This document shows, in pieces, positions 26,530-40,166 of a stretch of 64,000 nucleotides of DNA. Location: assembly GCF_009914755.1 (NCBI RefSeq), contig NC_060937.1. One strand, 5' to 3'. A model generated the notes under the pieces. It made no database searches. It saw nothing but the letters and a program-made list of their open reading frames with translations, and had not been told where the DNA came from. The DNA comes from the human T2T-CHM13v2.0 reference genome, Homo sapiens. The position numbers were made by a program, and so were the translations under genes. Each line of letters starts with the position of its first letter. The stretch's first letter is position 1.

Positions 26530-26695
26530 GGCCTTGGCAGCAGATTAAAATCACCTGGGATCTTTCAAAAATTCTAGTGCCCAAACTACATCTCAGACTA
26601 ATCAAGTTAGAATCTCTGAATGTGAAACCCAGACATCAGCATTTGTATAGTTCCACAGGTAATTACAAGACGCAGCCAAAATTGAGAATCCTTGT
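26530..26695. mobile_element. MER5-family DNA transposon remnant
   Basis: AAATCACCTGGGA..TAGAATCTCTG..CAGGTAATT..GCAGCCAAAATTGAGAATCC. Confidence 0.6.
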
Positions 26696-26989
26696 TGTGA
26701 GGGGGTTCAGTGGATCCTACGTCATCCTCTACCAACTGCTATTTCTTACTACCTTCCCTTAATAGCCTTCTTGGGCCAAACTAAGCATAATTACAATTTT
26801 TCCACACTGCCTATTTACCTTCTGTGCATTGTTTTCTCTGTGACATTTATAGCCATCTGACATATATTTTTGTGCTTGCTTTTCTAGTACATCTTCTATG
26901 TTTCTATGGTAGAATATAAGATATATTCTACTGGGGTTGCCGAATCCATCCTAGTGAGCAAACAAATTTTGTTTACTCTCCTATGTAAG

Positions 26990-27900
26990 ATAGAAGTAGG
27001 GAGGTAGGTGAATTCACAAACAAAGGCTAATGCTTTGTCTAGATAGTCTGAGACTTGGAAAAAACAAAATCGGAAGACTGGTGAAAGGAAGATGTTTGTG
27101 AAATAATTATGAGACTGGAGCTTTCAAAATTGAGTCACGTGAATATTCTCCAAAAGAACTCATTTTGGAGGATGTTGTGCAAACCAAGCCCACTCTGTGG
27201 ATGTCAGTCAGCCTCATTTTTTAGCTACCCCAAAGAAATTCTCAAAAAGACTTGAACAAAGTGGCCATAGCAAAGGTGATGAAGATCAAGCATGGCTTAA
27301 CATACATACTGCTGCTCAGAAGGTCTTATGAGGTTGCTGAAACTTCTAAATGCCCAATCTTCCAAAAGATGAGACCAATAATGAATACCTGTTATGACCT
27401 CAGGGTTATACCTGTTATAACCCATAGGCACCAGCCTATAATGTTTAATTGACCATGATGGGTTAATGAAAATGAACCTCTGCAATCATGGAGGAGAAGA
27501 TGAATCCTCGCTTGCAGTGATACATTCTGGTGGTGAATTTGTCATCTCTTCTTGCCAAGCTTTTTCCAGCAATACCATCCATAAAGTCACAGAATGCCTT
27601 ACAACCATCTTAGTATCACATAAAATTCTTCTGACCTAAAGCCTCATTTTATAGAGAAGTAAGTATGCTGATGTCTGATGCTCATGGTATCCACTGGCTT
27701 TCATTACTCAGGAGCATTTTGGCCTTGAAAAATGATGACATGGCCCACTGAAGACCTAGTTATAGCACCAGCTGGTATTCAACACCGTGTAAAGAAGGTG
27801 TGTTGTCCAATAAATTGAAGTTTACTTCCTCAAACAGAGACAATATATGGTACTGATTCTTCCATAGCCAGCACAGATGGGTAAGGGATCCAAGGACGGG
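26990..27900 (+). pseudogene. Ancient, heavily decayed ERVL pol (RNase H to integrase) fragment
   Basis: Conceptual translation gives ANALSR*SETWKKQN, SVDVSQP, EQSGHSKGDEDQAWL and SKCPIFQKMRP, colinear with HERV-L segments GWSGTWNKHDW, SMDTTQPL, HEQSGYGGKDGGYAWA and AECPICQ seen in this window. Confidence 0.7.
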
Positions 27901-28789
27901 AAATGAGAAGAACAGCTCATTCTCACACTGAGTAGCATGCTCACACAATCTATGTGATTTCAACATTGGACTCTACGAATATAACGGCTTGAGATCCAAG
28001 GAAGAAGTCCTTCCATTGACACCCAGGTCACATGTTCATGGTGGGTCCCCCATAACCCTAGACCAACAGTGGATTCTGTGTAAAGAGTCATTTGTCTTTA
28101 TGGTCAAGGGAAAATGCAATGTAGGAGGAATACATATGGCTTGAATTAAAGGGATTCTATAGTTTATATCCTACTAAACACATGTCCTGTAGTGTAAATT
28201 AAATAACAGAGTACAGTAGGTCTGCAATAATTTAGGTTGGGGTGCTTCACAAGGGAAGAATCCTCTTTGCCCAGAGCAAAGGAACATGGAAGAGATCATG
28301 GAAAAAGCAAGTCATAAACACCAGTGCAGAAGTGCCACATTAGCTCAAAACAAGAACGGAAGCTGCTATCCATATAGTTTGCTTGTTTTACTATTTGTGT
28401 GTACATATATGCACATAAGGAGGAATACAGAGCAAAACATATAGGAGGATAAAATAGAGGACTGAAAGATAGATGATGACTAGTAGATAGATGAATAAAT
28501 ACTGGAACACAAATTGGAAAACTACAGTTTTCCTTATTTTTTCTATTTTCTTTCCTGTACTCCTTTTATGTAGATGTATAGTAAGTCTAAGTGTCAGTAA
28601 TATTTACAATCAAATTCATAGGTTGTAGGATATTGAATCATGTTGTGATTTAAATGGAAGAAGAATAAAAGCCATCTGCAGGTACACTACAAGGCTCATG
28701 AAATGCTGGGTCTACTTTCTGAAGAAAGAGAGAATTGGTCTCTAGACAGGAACGTGCTGTTGTTACTACCGTTGCTTCAAATTTAAGAA

Positions 28790-30020
28790 TATAAAAGACA
28801 CCAATTTCTTACCTTTCAGATTTATAAACATTCAAAAGTTCACTAACATGTTCTGATGGCCAACACAAAATGCTACAAATACTATGTAAGGCAATTTCGT
28901 CACATCTAACAAAATTACATGTGCACTTGACCCTGCAATCTCATTTCTACTCATTTATGTTGAAGGGCACCTTTTCAAATCTAAAACAACATATGCACAT
29001 GGTCAACCATTGCAGCATTATCTGCAACAGCAAAATATTGGTGACAATATTCAATAATAGGAAACTGATGGAATAAACTATGATATCTCCACACAGTGTT
29101 GTACTACATGCATCTGTTTAAAAAGAAGAAAGGAAGATCCTACAGCTTGATAGGGAGTGATTTCAAACATCCATTGTTTATTGAAAAAAAGGAAATTGGA
29201 AAAGAATATATGACATATGCTATACTTTATGTCAGAAAAAAGGAAAACTAAAAAGACTATATATTCAAACCTCATGAAATATTATAGACGATCAGTGAAA
29301 ATGGGGTGGAAGTAATAGAATTGGGAATAAGAAATCTGAGTATCTTTTCTTACATAATTTTTGACTTTTGATGCATCTAAATGCCTTATATATTAAAAAG
29401 TACAAGTTAATCAAAATAATAAGTAAACTCTAAAACTAAATAAAAACTGATGGAAGTGAACCAAGATTTAAATCAAATTACTAACCATATCACATATAAT
29501 AAAAAAATTAATTCAAGTAGCTTTTGAACAAGTATTCTAACTATACATCTTTACTAGAATATAGTTTAAAGAAATCTTGAACTTAGCCACTCTGTTGACA
29601 CCATGGTATTATTAAAATTATTCTGAAGCTATTTTGTATCTATTTCAGGGTTGAACAAATGAGTTTCTATGTTGATGTTAGGTATCTCCATTCTCACTGT
29701 AGGAGAAGGGAGATACAAATATAGAATGAGGAAAGATGAGGAAGAAGCCCGTGGTTTCAGATTTGATTTGAAGGTTTCAGAATAAGGCATAAAAACATCC
29801 CTTGCTCTAGCCTCTGAACGCACCTGGAAATCACAAACCCCAGCAGCAGTGCATGCACCTCGCACACAGAGCTAGGTTGCTAAATGGTGGATTTCACCTC
29901 TGGAGCAGAAAGAATATGTGGTAAGCCTGGAATAGCTTGTTGAATCAGAAAGCAAGGAAGTAGTCATGACATCAGAAAACAGGAGCTGGCTTGAAACGGC
30001 TCCCATTGGCCAAACCGAGG
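28790..30020 (+). mobile_element. Old L1M (L1MC-like) 3' fragments
   Basis: AAAATTACATGTGCAC..TTGACCCTGCAATCTCATTTCTA and CATTGCAGCATTAT motifs typical of L1M 3' ends. Boundaries approximate. Confidence 0.55.
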
Positions 30021-31901
30021 ACTCTTCATATTAAATTTTTATGAGGAACACAAAATAACTGATATTGACAGTTTACATTTCAAGCAAGTAGAGAAAAAAA
30101 TTAAAAACTGAAAATCTAATCCAACTAAATAACAAAGAGGCAGGAATTAAAACATGAGTAGGCAATTTAGGAGCAATGTTGATTAAAAGCGAGGATACCA
30201 GAATTCTTCGAACACACAAGAAATCATAGTAAATGTGAGTAGATACTCACTTATGAAAAGGTGGTGAAACTTAAATTGTATTTTAAAAAGAAGGAAGAAA
30301 AGAAGAAAAGGGAAAGGAGAAAACAAACATCTGAAATAGAATTTTACGTCAGAACATGGTATAATTTCCTTCCCATATACTGAGTGTTTGCGCATGAAAT
30401 ACTTATTGCACTGACATGACCCTCAGTATGCCCAACAATAAATGAAGGGTAATATTTATATCTGCCATAGGAAGTAAAAATGCATAGTAAATGAAATGGT
30501 ACAGGTGAAAGTAGCAAACTGTGCAAACATTAATTATCATTATTCTATCTAGAGTTACTACTACTTTGTTACTTAACTATTTATGGCTCTCTAATAGCAA
30601 AAGAATACTTAACTTTTGCTTTTCTTAAGTGATTTAAGACAGCCCTGAGGTAAAGAAGACAAAAGAATAAATATGCATCCCATTTGCTCTCCTATTTTAC
30701 TTCAGGAAAAGATAAAATTAATAGGCCAGTCATCATGATGAGCAAAGAAGTCTGATACGCATTCATCCATAGTGAACGTGGACAGGAGCCATAGGAATCT
30801 GGATGCGGCTTTTGGCTTAGTAGTTAGCTTGCTATTTTTGGAAAGAGAGAAAGAGTAAGAGAGACAGTTGGGGACAAGGAGGTGAAAGGCTGTGTAGTAC
30901 ATTTCTAAACAATAGCTTTAAAATGTTATGATCTTATCATAAGGGGATCATAAGAGGATAATTGATGCTTTTGAAAAAATGAGATAGAATAGCCAAAAGA
31001 TTGTTTTGTCCCAATCAGAAAGTATAAAAGATAGAGAAGACAAGTCTCTAATCAGAGGGAAGAATGAAACTTACTCAAAGTAAAATAGTAAATTTTATGA
31101 ATATATACATAAGTTTACAGAAAAAAATACCAGAAAAGTGACTTCAAGAATCAGCTGAGATAGAAACATATGCCCATCATCTTCAAAGTACCCACTGACA
31201 CTTATCCCCTAGACAGCCATTTCTTTTTGAATGACGACAATAAAAATGATTTGAAATTGGGAATAAAGCCCTCCCTCTAATGATTTGACAGTGTTAGACC
31301 TTGCCTAGGGCAAGCCTAAGGAAAAAGACAAAGAAACACAATGAATTCAGAGTGCCAGAATTTATCAAAGTCAAAATAGTATCTTCTTAAAAATGTAAGT
31401 AAGGCTTAAAAGATGATATAATAGAAATGAACATCTAATCTGACCAAGTGGGGAATTAAGGGGGAGGTATGGAATCTGTGAATGCATATTTCTTCCAGGA
31501 TAGAGCACACCAGTGAAGGTGTCAAAAGATACTTTGAAATCTAAAATTAAGGCAATAACTGTAAAATGAAATTTAAGACATTGGTTTATGAGTCTTTATA
31601 AAATCTAGGAAAATCATGAAATCAAATCAATTAAAAAGGCCCTTAGATGCTGCTGCATTGCACATTTTAAATACAGACTGCCATTAAAGCCATTCTAATT
31701 AGACAGATAGTGTCACTTTTTTCAAGTTTATTTGTTATGTACTTGTTTCATCTATAATGACCTTTTCCCTCTGATTATTCTGAGAAAAGAAAAAAAAATA
31801 TTCAAAGTGAATGAGTTGCTAACTGATAAATTGCAAAGGAAAAACGTGGCTTCTTGTTGCAATCAATTAATCCATATTTTGAGCACTTATGACATGGTAG
31901 A

Positions 31902-32293
31902 TTATATAGTTTGGCTCTGTGTCCCCACCCAAACATCATCTCAAATTGTAATCCCCATAATCCCCATGTGTTGAGGGAGAGACCTGGTGGGCAGGTGGTG
32001 ATTGGATCATGGGGGCAGTTCCCCCATGCTATTTTCATGATACTGAGTGAGTTCTCATGAGATCTGATGGTCTTATAAGCAGCTCTTCTCCCTTTACTCA
32101 TTTGCTGTCTCTCTCTCTCACCTGCTACCATGTAAGACGTGCCTTTGCTCCTCTCTCACCTTCCTCCGCAATTGTAAGTTTCCTGAGGCTTCTCCAACAG
32201 TGTGAAATTCTGAGTCAATTAAACCTCTTTTCTTTATAAATTACCCAGTCTCAGGTATTTATTTATAATACAGTGTGAAAACGGACTAACACA
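31902..32293 (+). mobile_element. THE1D-like solo LTR
   Basis: GTTTGGCTCTGTGTCCCCACCCAAA...GTAATCCCCATAATCCCC...ACGGACTAACACA; TSD GTAGA (31897-31901 / 32294-32298). Confidence 0.88.
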
Positions 32294-35200
32294 GTAGACT
32301 TGCAAGAGTCCTGCGGTTCACAAAACCAAGAAGTCCAGAGCTCCAGATCATGGGTACGTAACAATCCGGACTGTTGAGTAAAAGAATAATAGCAGTAAGG
32401 CTATTGTTCTAGACCAAAATCTAGCCATTACGAGAACATGTTGCTTGGAGATGAGATTAAATAACTGATAGAACACAGAGGAGGAGGAAGGGTACATCCC
32501 AGTTTGCCATGTGCCATGAAAACTTCGGAGAAGTGAAGATGAATTACGACTGATGAGATAATTTAATGCAAAGAGCCAGGTAAAACGTCTGCAAGCATTT
32601 TAAAACTGTGTATGCGGGACACCAAAGAAGAAATAATGTCCTTTTGAATAAGCAATTAGAGAAATGCATTAACAACTAATGAAGGAGTGAATTATTTTGT
32701 GCGAGCTCAGATGTTTTTTAAGCTACCTTTGGTGGTTTTCATCCACCTCCGCATTTAATCTCATCTCAGGGTACCAAGTGTGTTTCTGTGCTCCTCCCCT
32801 GGCTTTATCTGAGAGGACAAGTGGGCCTGGTTCATCCAGATCTGAACTCCCCTTTTTGCACTAATCCCAAACCCAGTAGCAACAAAAATGCTTTCTTTTT
32901 GACCAGATGGAAATCTGAGGCTAGCCTAGGACATGACATGCATTTTAATCCAATGACTCAGCATAGGAGGACTGGATCAACCCAACTCTAGTGAAACCAG
33001 GTCTCTCTTTCCTGCTGTATACATTGGGAGGGTGATCAAAATCTGTCCACCTTATTTTAAATCAGCTGTGGGTCACCACCACACTGTTTCCATGAGGTCA
33101 TTTCTTGTTCATCATCCACTAAGGCGTTTGCCACGAGCAGCAGTAAAAAGCACAAAGGACAGAAAGCCCTCGAAAGGAGAAAATGAAATGCAACACAGCC
33201 AGCTCACATACTTTCCATGCCACAATCCCCACCACCTAACATTCCGTTCTCGTCGATGAGGAAACAATAGAATGTACAGCCCTGTCACTGTCGCTATTAA
33301 TAACTTGGAGGGCTTCCAGAACCACACGGGTTCAGGGGAATATGCTGTCCTTAGCAGTCACATCAATGCTTAGGTATCTCTTCATGAGACTGTGCCTCTG
33401 TGTCTCCTGCCTGCCATGTGTGAAAGTTCTAATTTTCAAGTCACACATAAGCCCTGATTAGTGGTGATAAGGCAATAAGGAGGACCGGTTTTTTTGAGAC
33501 TATGAAACCACAAAGAACTCTGAGTTCCAAAACACTCTATTAGCACTTTCCAGTCCTATTTTAGAAAACCAATGGGAAAAATGTAAAATGGAGTGGGCTG
33601 GGAAATTTTTTCATCAAAGTATAATTGTAATTTTAAGTAGGAGTTTTGTATTTAAAGCCCTTAATGGCAAGCGTGATTAAGAGAAGCTTGGCTTCACTGT
33701 TTACAGCAAACCTTGATTAAATACAAACAAGCAAATGAAACAAAAAAGAAAAGAAAAATGAAAAGAAAAAAATCTTTCTGGAGTGTCCTGGGGTCCTTAG
33801 CCAGGAGAATTATCTTGGAGGGGAAAAAAAAAATCCATGGAGTCAGCCATCTGTCTCTATCCCCTTCCTTCCTATTTTCTTCAATTCTTTGTCCATCTGT
33901 ATGATTTGCCTACACTGGTCTGTCTTTTGAATTTCAGCTTTTCAAAAAGCAGATACCACACCAGCTTATTTTATTTTCAGCATCTATCACTGCAGGCTTT
34001 ATTAAATGTTAAGGAATAATAAGACCTATTATTGCACTGCGACTCCCTGGGATTTTTTGTAAGTCAGTAAGGCCCAGTGTCATGTGTTTGCATTTTCTCT
34101 GGGCTGTAGATGCCAGGAGACCAGGACCATTAAAAGAGGAGGGAGAGAAAGGGAAGGTTGGCGGGTTATTATGCACTCTTGGGGGTTTCTTTCCTACAAC
34201 GCTTTCCCCTGCTCCCTTCTGTTCCCGCTTCTATAAAAGGAGTAAGCACACAACAACCGTCATATAAACCAACATCAGAAAAGCAAAAAGAATTCATCTG
34301 TCAAGAAGAAAGAGAAAATCTGTTACGGTTACGAATGGTTATAGCAAAGTGAGTAAGGAGAAGAATGTTGGCAATAAATGGGAACTTATTTTATTGCAGA
34401 GGGTCCAGCTCTGTGCTAAGGGAAAATCTGCAAAGTCTTAAAGAAGCAGAAGCATGATGGAGTGAGTAGGTAACACTTACCTGACAGCCTAACACGTGGC
34501 AGGTGGTATTTGGGGAATGAGTCTGTAGACGGGCAAGGCTACGGAGAGCAAACTCAATGTCGCCACATGGATTGGAGAAGGGTCTGTGGGAAAGTTCACT
34601 CTCATGGAAAACAGTTCTTATAATTATGAAATAGTTTCATTGTTCTGATTGAAATTGAGCTGAGTTTACTGCCTCCCCCTTCTCATTTTCTTTCTTCATC
34701 TTTCTCCCACTTCTCTTCCTCCGTTCCCTTCCCTTTCTTCTTCTTCCTAACTGCCCATACAAGTAGCCATCGTCTGCTGCATAATATCATTAATTCAAAA
34801 TGATCTTTCTTATTTCAAATAGGAAATGTCACTTTGAATTAATGTGAACTATGTCTCCTATCATCCTTTTTACCTGACAATAATATAAGGCCATGTGTGA
34901 CTCTCTTTATTTTCTTATGTTCATGGATTTTAAATAAATTCTTTTCTCTCTTAGAAAACCATCTATTGGAGGGTGGTATCAGGTTCTCCCTAGTTTTGCA
35001 CTTTGCTTCTTACCACCTCTTCCTCACTTATATTTGATTTTGTTTACTATTTAAAAACAATTTGACTGTCTCCTTCTCTGGTGATTTTCCAACACATATC
35101 TTTTCCCCACCTCTAGACCATGTGAGGTGCATCAATATGTATCAATTATTGCACTTAGCATGTGAGATTACAATCTATTCATTTGTTTTGTATTTTGGTG

Positions 35201-35299
35201 AGTGGAGGTGTTGTAACACTGGATTATACAATCAAGATGGAGGGGCATTTTTAAGAAAAGGAATACAAAATTGTTAATGCAAAATTTGATATATGACAG

Positions 35300-38200
35300 A
35301 GATTTCTGCTTCTCTCCAAGATGGAGTAGAAAGACTGGATTTATCCTCTTGCATGAATTTAAAAAAATGACAAAATATATACAACAAAGGTTTTCAAGAC
35401 ACAGGATATGAGGCATCTGTCCTTGCGAGAGAGAAAACAAATGAAATAAGCTCCAAAGACTTGTCCAGGTTCCGGCCTTGAGAATTTTACAAACCACAGA
35501 TCAGGAAAGGGGAGCTGAGGTGTGTACTGGTGGTCCCTCTGAGTTGAGTAGGAGGAGCTGGAAGACCACAGTGACTACAGTTCACAGGAGAGGGCTGCAA
35601 GGAGGGGGCTCTTCAGGGTTGCAGAGGGCACCCTGGGGTCCTCAGATGATTAAGGACATGTTTCTGCATGTGAGAAAGCCACCCAAGGCTGGGAAATAAT
35701 CACCCAAAGGATTAGTGGTAACATTATCTGACACTCACAAAGGTCAGAGAACAATGCCTCTTCCCTTGAGCTAGACTTGACAATGTCCTGATTCTCAGGG
35801 CACTGGGTAGAGTGCATAGAAGTGTCTTGTCTGAGTGAAGGGGGATAATTAGCCTAAACTGAGGACTACTCCAACCCCTCCCAACAATTCTTAACAGGAA
35901 GAATCAGTTTCCTAGATAATTAACAGTATACAAGAACCAAAATGAAGAATATTTATATAAATACACAAGTTTATAGCACCCAAAAAGATATAATTCATAA
36001 TGTCTGACAATCAATCAAAAATTACCATGCAGAAAATATAATCATTAAAGAATAGAAAAATCAGTCAACTGATACTGATCCAGAAATGACACAGATGTAA
36101 GAATTAGCAGGCAAGAATATTAATACAGTTATTATAACTATACATTCAAAAAGTTAAGCAGATATATGGGAGACATAAAAAAAAGAACCAGTTCCTAATT
36201 CTACAAATGAAAGCTGCAATATGTAGGATGAAAAATACACTGAATGAAATTAATAGCAGTTATGTATTTAGAAGAAAAGTTAGTGAGTTTTAAGAAATAG
36301 GAATACAAACCATTCAATATGAAATATAGAATATAATTTTTTTTAAGTATGTTAAAGAGTACCAATGAGCTCTGAGAAAACTTCAAGCAGCTTAAAACAC
36401 ATGAAATTTAACCCCCTAAAAGGGAGGAAGGGGGACATACTGGAAGATAGAATACCTGAAAATTCTCTACATTTGATGAAAATGAGAAACTTGCAGGTAC
36501 AAGACACTCGACATACTCAAAGCATAAGAATCATGATGAAAACTGTACTAAGGCAAATCAGAATCAAATTGTGCAAAAACAGTGATAAAGAAAAAAAATT
36601 AATAGCAACCAAAGGAAAAAGATTCCATGTAGAGGAACAGAGATAAAGATGATTGCAGATTTCTCATAAGAAGCAATGCAAGTGACAAAAGAGCTGGGAA
36701 ACATCTTCAAAGTACTGAAAAAAAAGTCAATTTAGAATTCTGTAACCAGCAAAATACCTTTCAAAAGGAAGCAGAAATACTTTTCCAGACATACAGAATG
36801 TGAAAGAATTTGTCACTAGCAGAATGTTAAAGGAAGTCCTTCAGGCAGAAGATAAATAATACAAAATTGCTATGTGAATCTACACAACTAGATGAAGATC
36901 ACTGGAAATAACTACATGGAAAAATCTAGAAGATATTTTTATTTCAGAAATATCTTTAAAAGAAAATTGAATTTTTTAAAATGCTATGGTATTGTGGGAT
37001 TTATAACACCTGTGTAAGTATAATGTATGAAAACAATAGCACAGGCCTGGAGAGGAAAAATGGAAATATACTATGGTAAGATTCTCTTGGTATGTGTAAA
37101 GTGCCATCATATCATGGATGTTAGACTGTGATACATTAAAATGCATACCATACACCCTAAATATACCAGTAAAATAAATAAAATGTTATATTTATATAAC
37201 ATTACACATATTATCGCATGCCATTATATATATAACATTATTATATCTATGTAACATACCAGATAAAGTAGAATTATAAAAAAAATGCTCAATCTAAAAG
37301 AAGGCAGGAGAAAAATGAAAATTAAAAAAGAACAGATGGGACAAGTAGAAACAAGTAGCAAGATGGTTAGTTTAAACCTAACCATGCCAATAATCACACT
37401 AAATGTAAATGCTCTAAATATCCCAATTAAAAGATGGAAATGATCAGATTAGGCAAAAAACCAAGACCCAACTCTATGCTGCATAAAACAAACACACATT
37501 AAACATAGACAGTAAAAAGTTTAAAAGTAAAGTATAAAATATACATTATACTATAACCAATAAAAATAAAACTGGAGTGATGGCATTAGTATCAGATAAT
37601 GTAGATTTCAGAGCAAAGAATATCAAGGATAAAGAAAGTCATTTAATCAAAGGCTCAATTCATTAAGAATAAATAATATTCATAAAACTTTATGCACATA
37701 GCAATATAGATTATAAATATACAAAGCTACAAATTACATACTGACAAAGGTGTTAAAAGGAAAACTTTAGACAAATTAACAGTCTAAGTGAGCAAAGAAC
37801 AGTTCACGATTGGGCACTACCCAAACCAGAATAGGTTCAGAGCAACTCCAGGGTAGCCACATAGTCAGATAATATTTACAGACAAAAGAAAAGTGATGTA
37901 CAGAAAACAGAAGGACAGTCCAGAAACAACTGGATTGGTTACAGCTCCTAACATTTGCTTGTTTGAATATGGTTTGAACAGCTGGCTGCCTGTGAGTAGC
38001 TGAAACTCTGCGATTGTACAAGAGTAGGTTACAGTCTGTTTACACATCCAGTTAGGTTGCAGCTTACTACGTGCAAGCTTTGGTGCCAAAGTTAAAATAT
38101 GTAAGGAGGCAACTTCAGGCTAAATTTAATTTAACAAGGACATGCATCCAGAATATGTGTGGAACTCAAACTCAGTAATAAGAAATCAAACAGCCCAATT

Positions 38201-39050
38201 AAAAAACTGGAAAAAAGATTTGAGCAGATACTTCACCGCAGAAGATATGTAAGTTGCAAATAAACACACAAAAAGATACTCATCAATAGCCCTTAGGAAA
38301 AGAAAAATTAGAACCCCAATCTGATGCCACTATACATCCATTTGAATGAGTAAAATTACAGATTGTTAATATCAATTATTGGTGAGAATGTGAAGAACTT
38401 AAATGTTCATACACTGGTGTTAGCTGTGTGAAATGATAAATTACTTTGGAAAACAATTTAGAAATTTCTGAAAAATGTAAACATACATCTGTCAAGTGAT
38501 CCAACCATCCCTCTCCTTCATATTTACCCAAGAAAAATGAAAGCAGATGTCTATACAAAGAGTTGTAAGTGAATGTTAATAGTGGCTTTTTTTGGTAATA
38601 GCCCAAAACTGAAAACAATTTAAATGTCCATCAAAAGGTAAATGAATAAACAAATGGCTGTCCATCCATATAATGGAGAGCTACTCAGCAATAAAAATGA
38701 ATGAACCATTGATACACACTACCACGTGGTGACTCTCAAAATAACGAGGCTGTGGGAAGAAAAATAGACCTGAAACAGTACAGACTCTATTATTCCATTT
38801 ATATGCATTTTTAGAAATTGCAAACTAATCTATAACGACATACATTGGAACAGTGGTAGCCTGAGGACAGGGAAGGGGTGGATTGAATTACAATGGGACC
38901 TGAGGAAACTTGGGGGCTGATGAATGTGCTTTCTCCTTTGATTGTTTTGGTAGTTTTATAGGCATGTACACATGTCAAAACATATCAAATGATATACTTT
39001 AAATATATGCACTTTATTACATGTCAATTATATTTAATTAATGCTCTTGG
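35300..39050 (+). mobile_element. Old L1M element: 5' region, ORF1, start of ORF2, large deletion, 3' end
   Basis: ORF 36365-36646 (RQIRIKLCKNSDKEKKLIA) resembles L1 ORF1p; 37385 onward reads PIITLNVNALNIPIKR (endonuclease N-terminus); 38140-39040 is an L1M 3' end. Confidence 0.8.
37751..38136 (-). mobile_element. MER57-like ERV1 solo LTR inserted in L1
   Basis: Minus strand starts TGTTAAATTAAATTTAGCCTGAAGTTGCCTCCTTACATATTTTAA; inverted termini TGTTAA/TTAACA; (A)AGG duplication. Confidence 0.8.
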
Positions 39051-39878
39051 AAAAAGAAAGGGAAAGATTAATTACAGGGCTCAGGAAAGAGCTATTGCAG
39101 GTGGCAAGGCATAGAACTTAAATTTTAGAAGCTTAATAATAAACATTTCTGTTTACATATATGTCTATCTTGTTAGTAAAGCTTCCAAAACATTCATCTT
39201 TGTATCTCTGGGCCTAGCAGAGTTCAGAGTGGCTTTATTTGTACCTGCCTAAAACTGAAAACTGTTTAAATGTCCATCAAAAGTCAAACAATAAACAAAT
39301 GTTAGACTATCCATTTTGTCACATGATAATTGTTCCATTAATTCTTCTAACTGACTGGTTGACCAAAGAAACCAATGCTTAATCTCTGGGTGGTATCCAA
39401 GGTCCTGAGATAACACCAGACAGAAAGTGAATGCAGGGTTGTAGAAGAGACCTAGAGATTGAATGAGTCAGCTTTATATCAAAGAAGCAGAGCCACTAGA
39501 ATATAATGAACCCCTCCCTATGAAAAAGAATTTGATTTAGGTATTTAATCTTGGGTAACTGTAGGGGTGGTTAAATGTTTATTAAGAGACCATTTCTCAG
39601 ATTTCTGGTGCTGCAGGTTGAAGTCAGCAGGTAGACAGTCGAGAAAGGAAAACATAGGTGGAGTGGGGAAGACAAGACCAACAGGAAACACCCAGGATGA
39701 GTGGACTCCACAAAAACCTCCAATTTCTCACTGCCCCTAATCCTCCACCCTGAATGATAGAGATGTCTTTCAGGAGAAAGTAATTCCTTTGTCATGGAGA
39801 AGAAAAGAAAGGTAATGACAATGGTCTTAATCACACATTCCTTGTTCCACTTGTAAAGTTTTAAAAAATGTGTTCATT

Positions 39879-40166
39879 GGCTGGGCGTGGTGGCTCATGC
39901 CTTTAATCCCAGCACCTTGGGAGGCTGAGGTGGGCTGATCACAAAGTCAGGAGTTCGAGACCAGCCCGGCCAATATGGTGAAATTCCATCTCTACTAAAA
40001 ATACAAAAATTAGCGTGGTGGCGGGCACCTGTAGTCCCAGCTACTCAGGAGGCTTAGGCAGGAGAATCACTTGAACCCGGGAGGCAGAGATTGAGCAAAT
40101 ATCGCACCACTGCACTCCAGCCTGGGTGACACAGTGAGTGAGACCCCATCTCAAAAAAAAAAAAAA
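39879..40166 (+). mobile_element. Alu (AluSg-like)
   Basis: Dimer plus poly-A; degenerate TSD AAAAATGTGTTCATT / AAAAATGCATTCATT. Confidence 0.93.
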
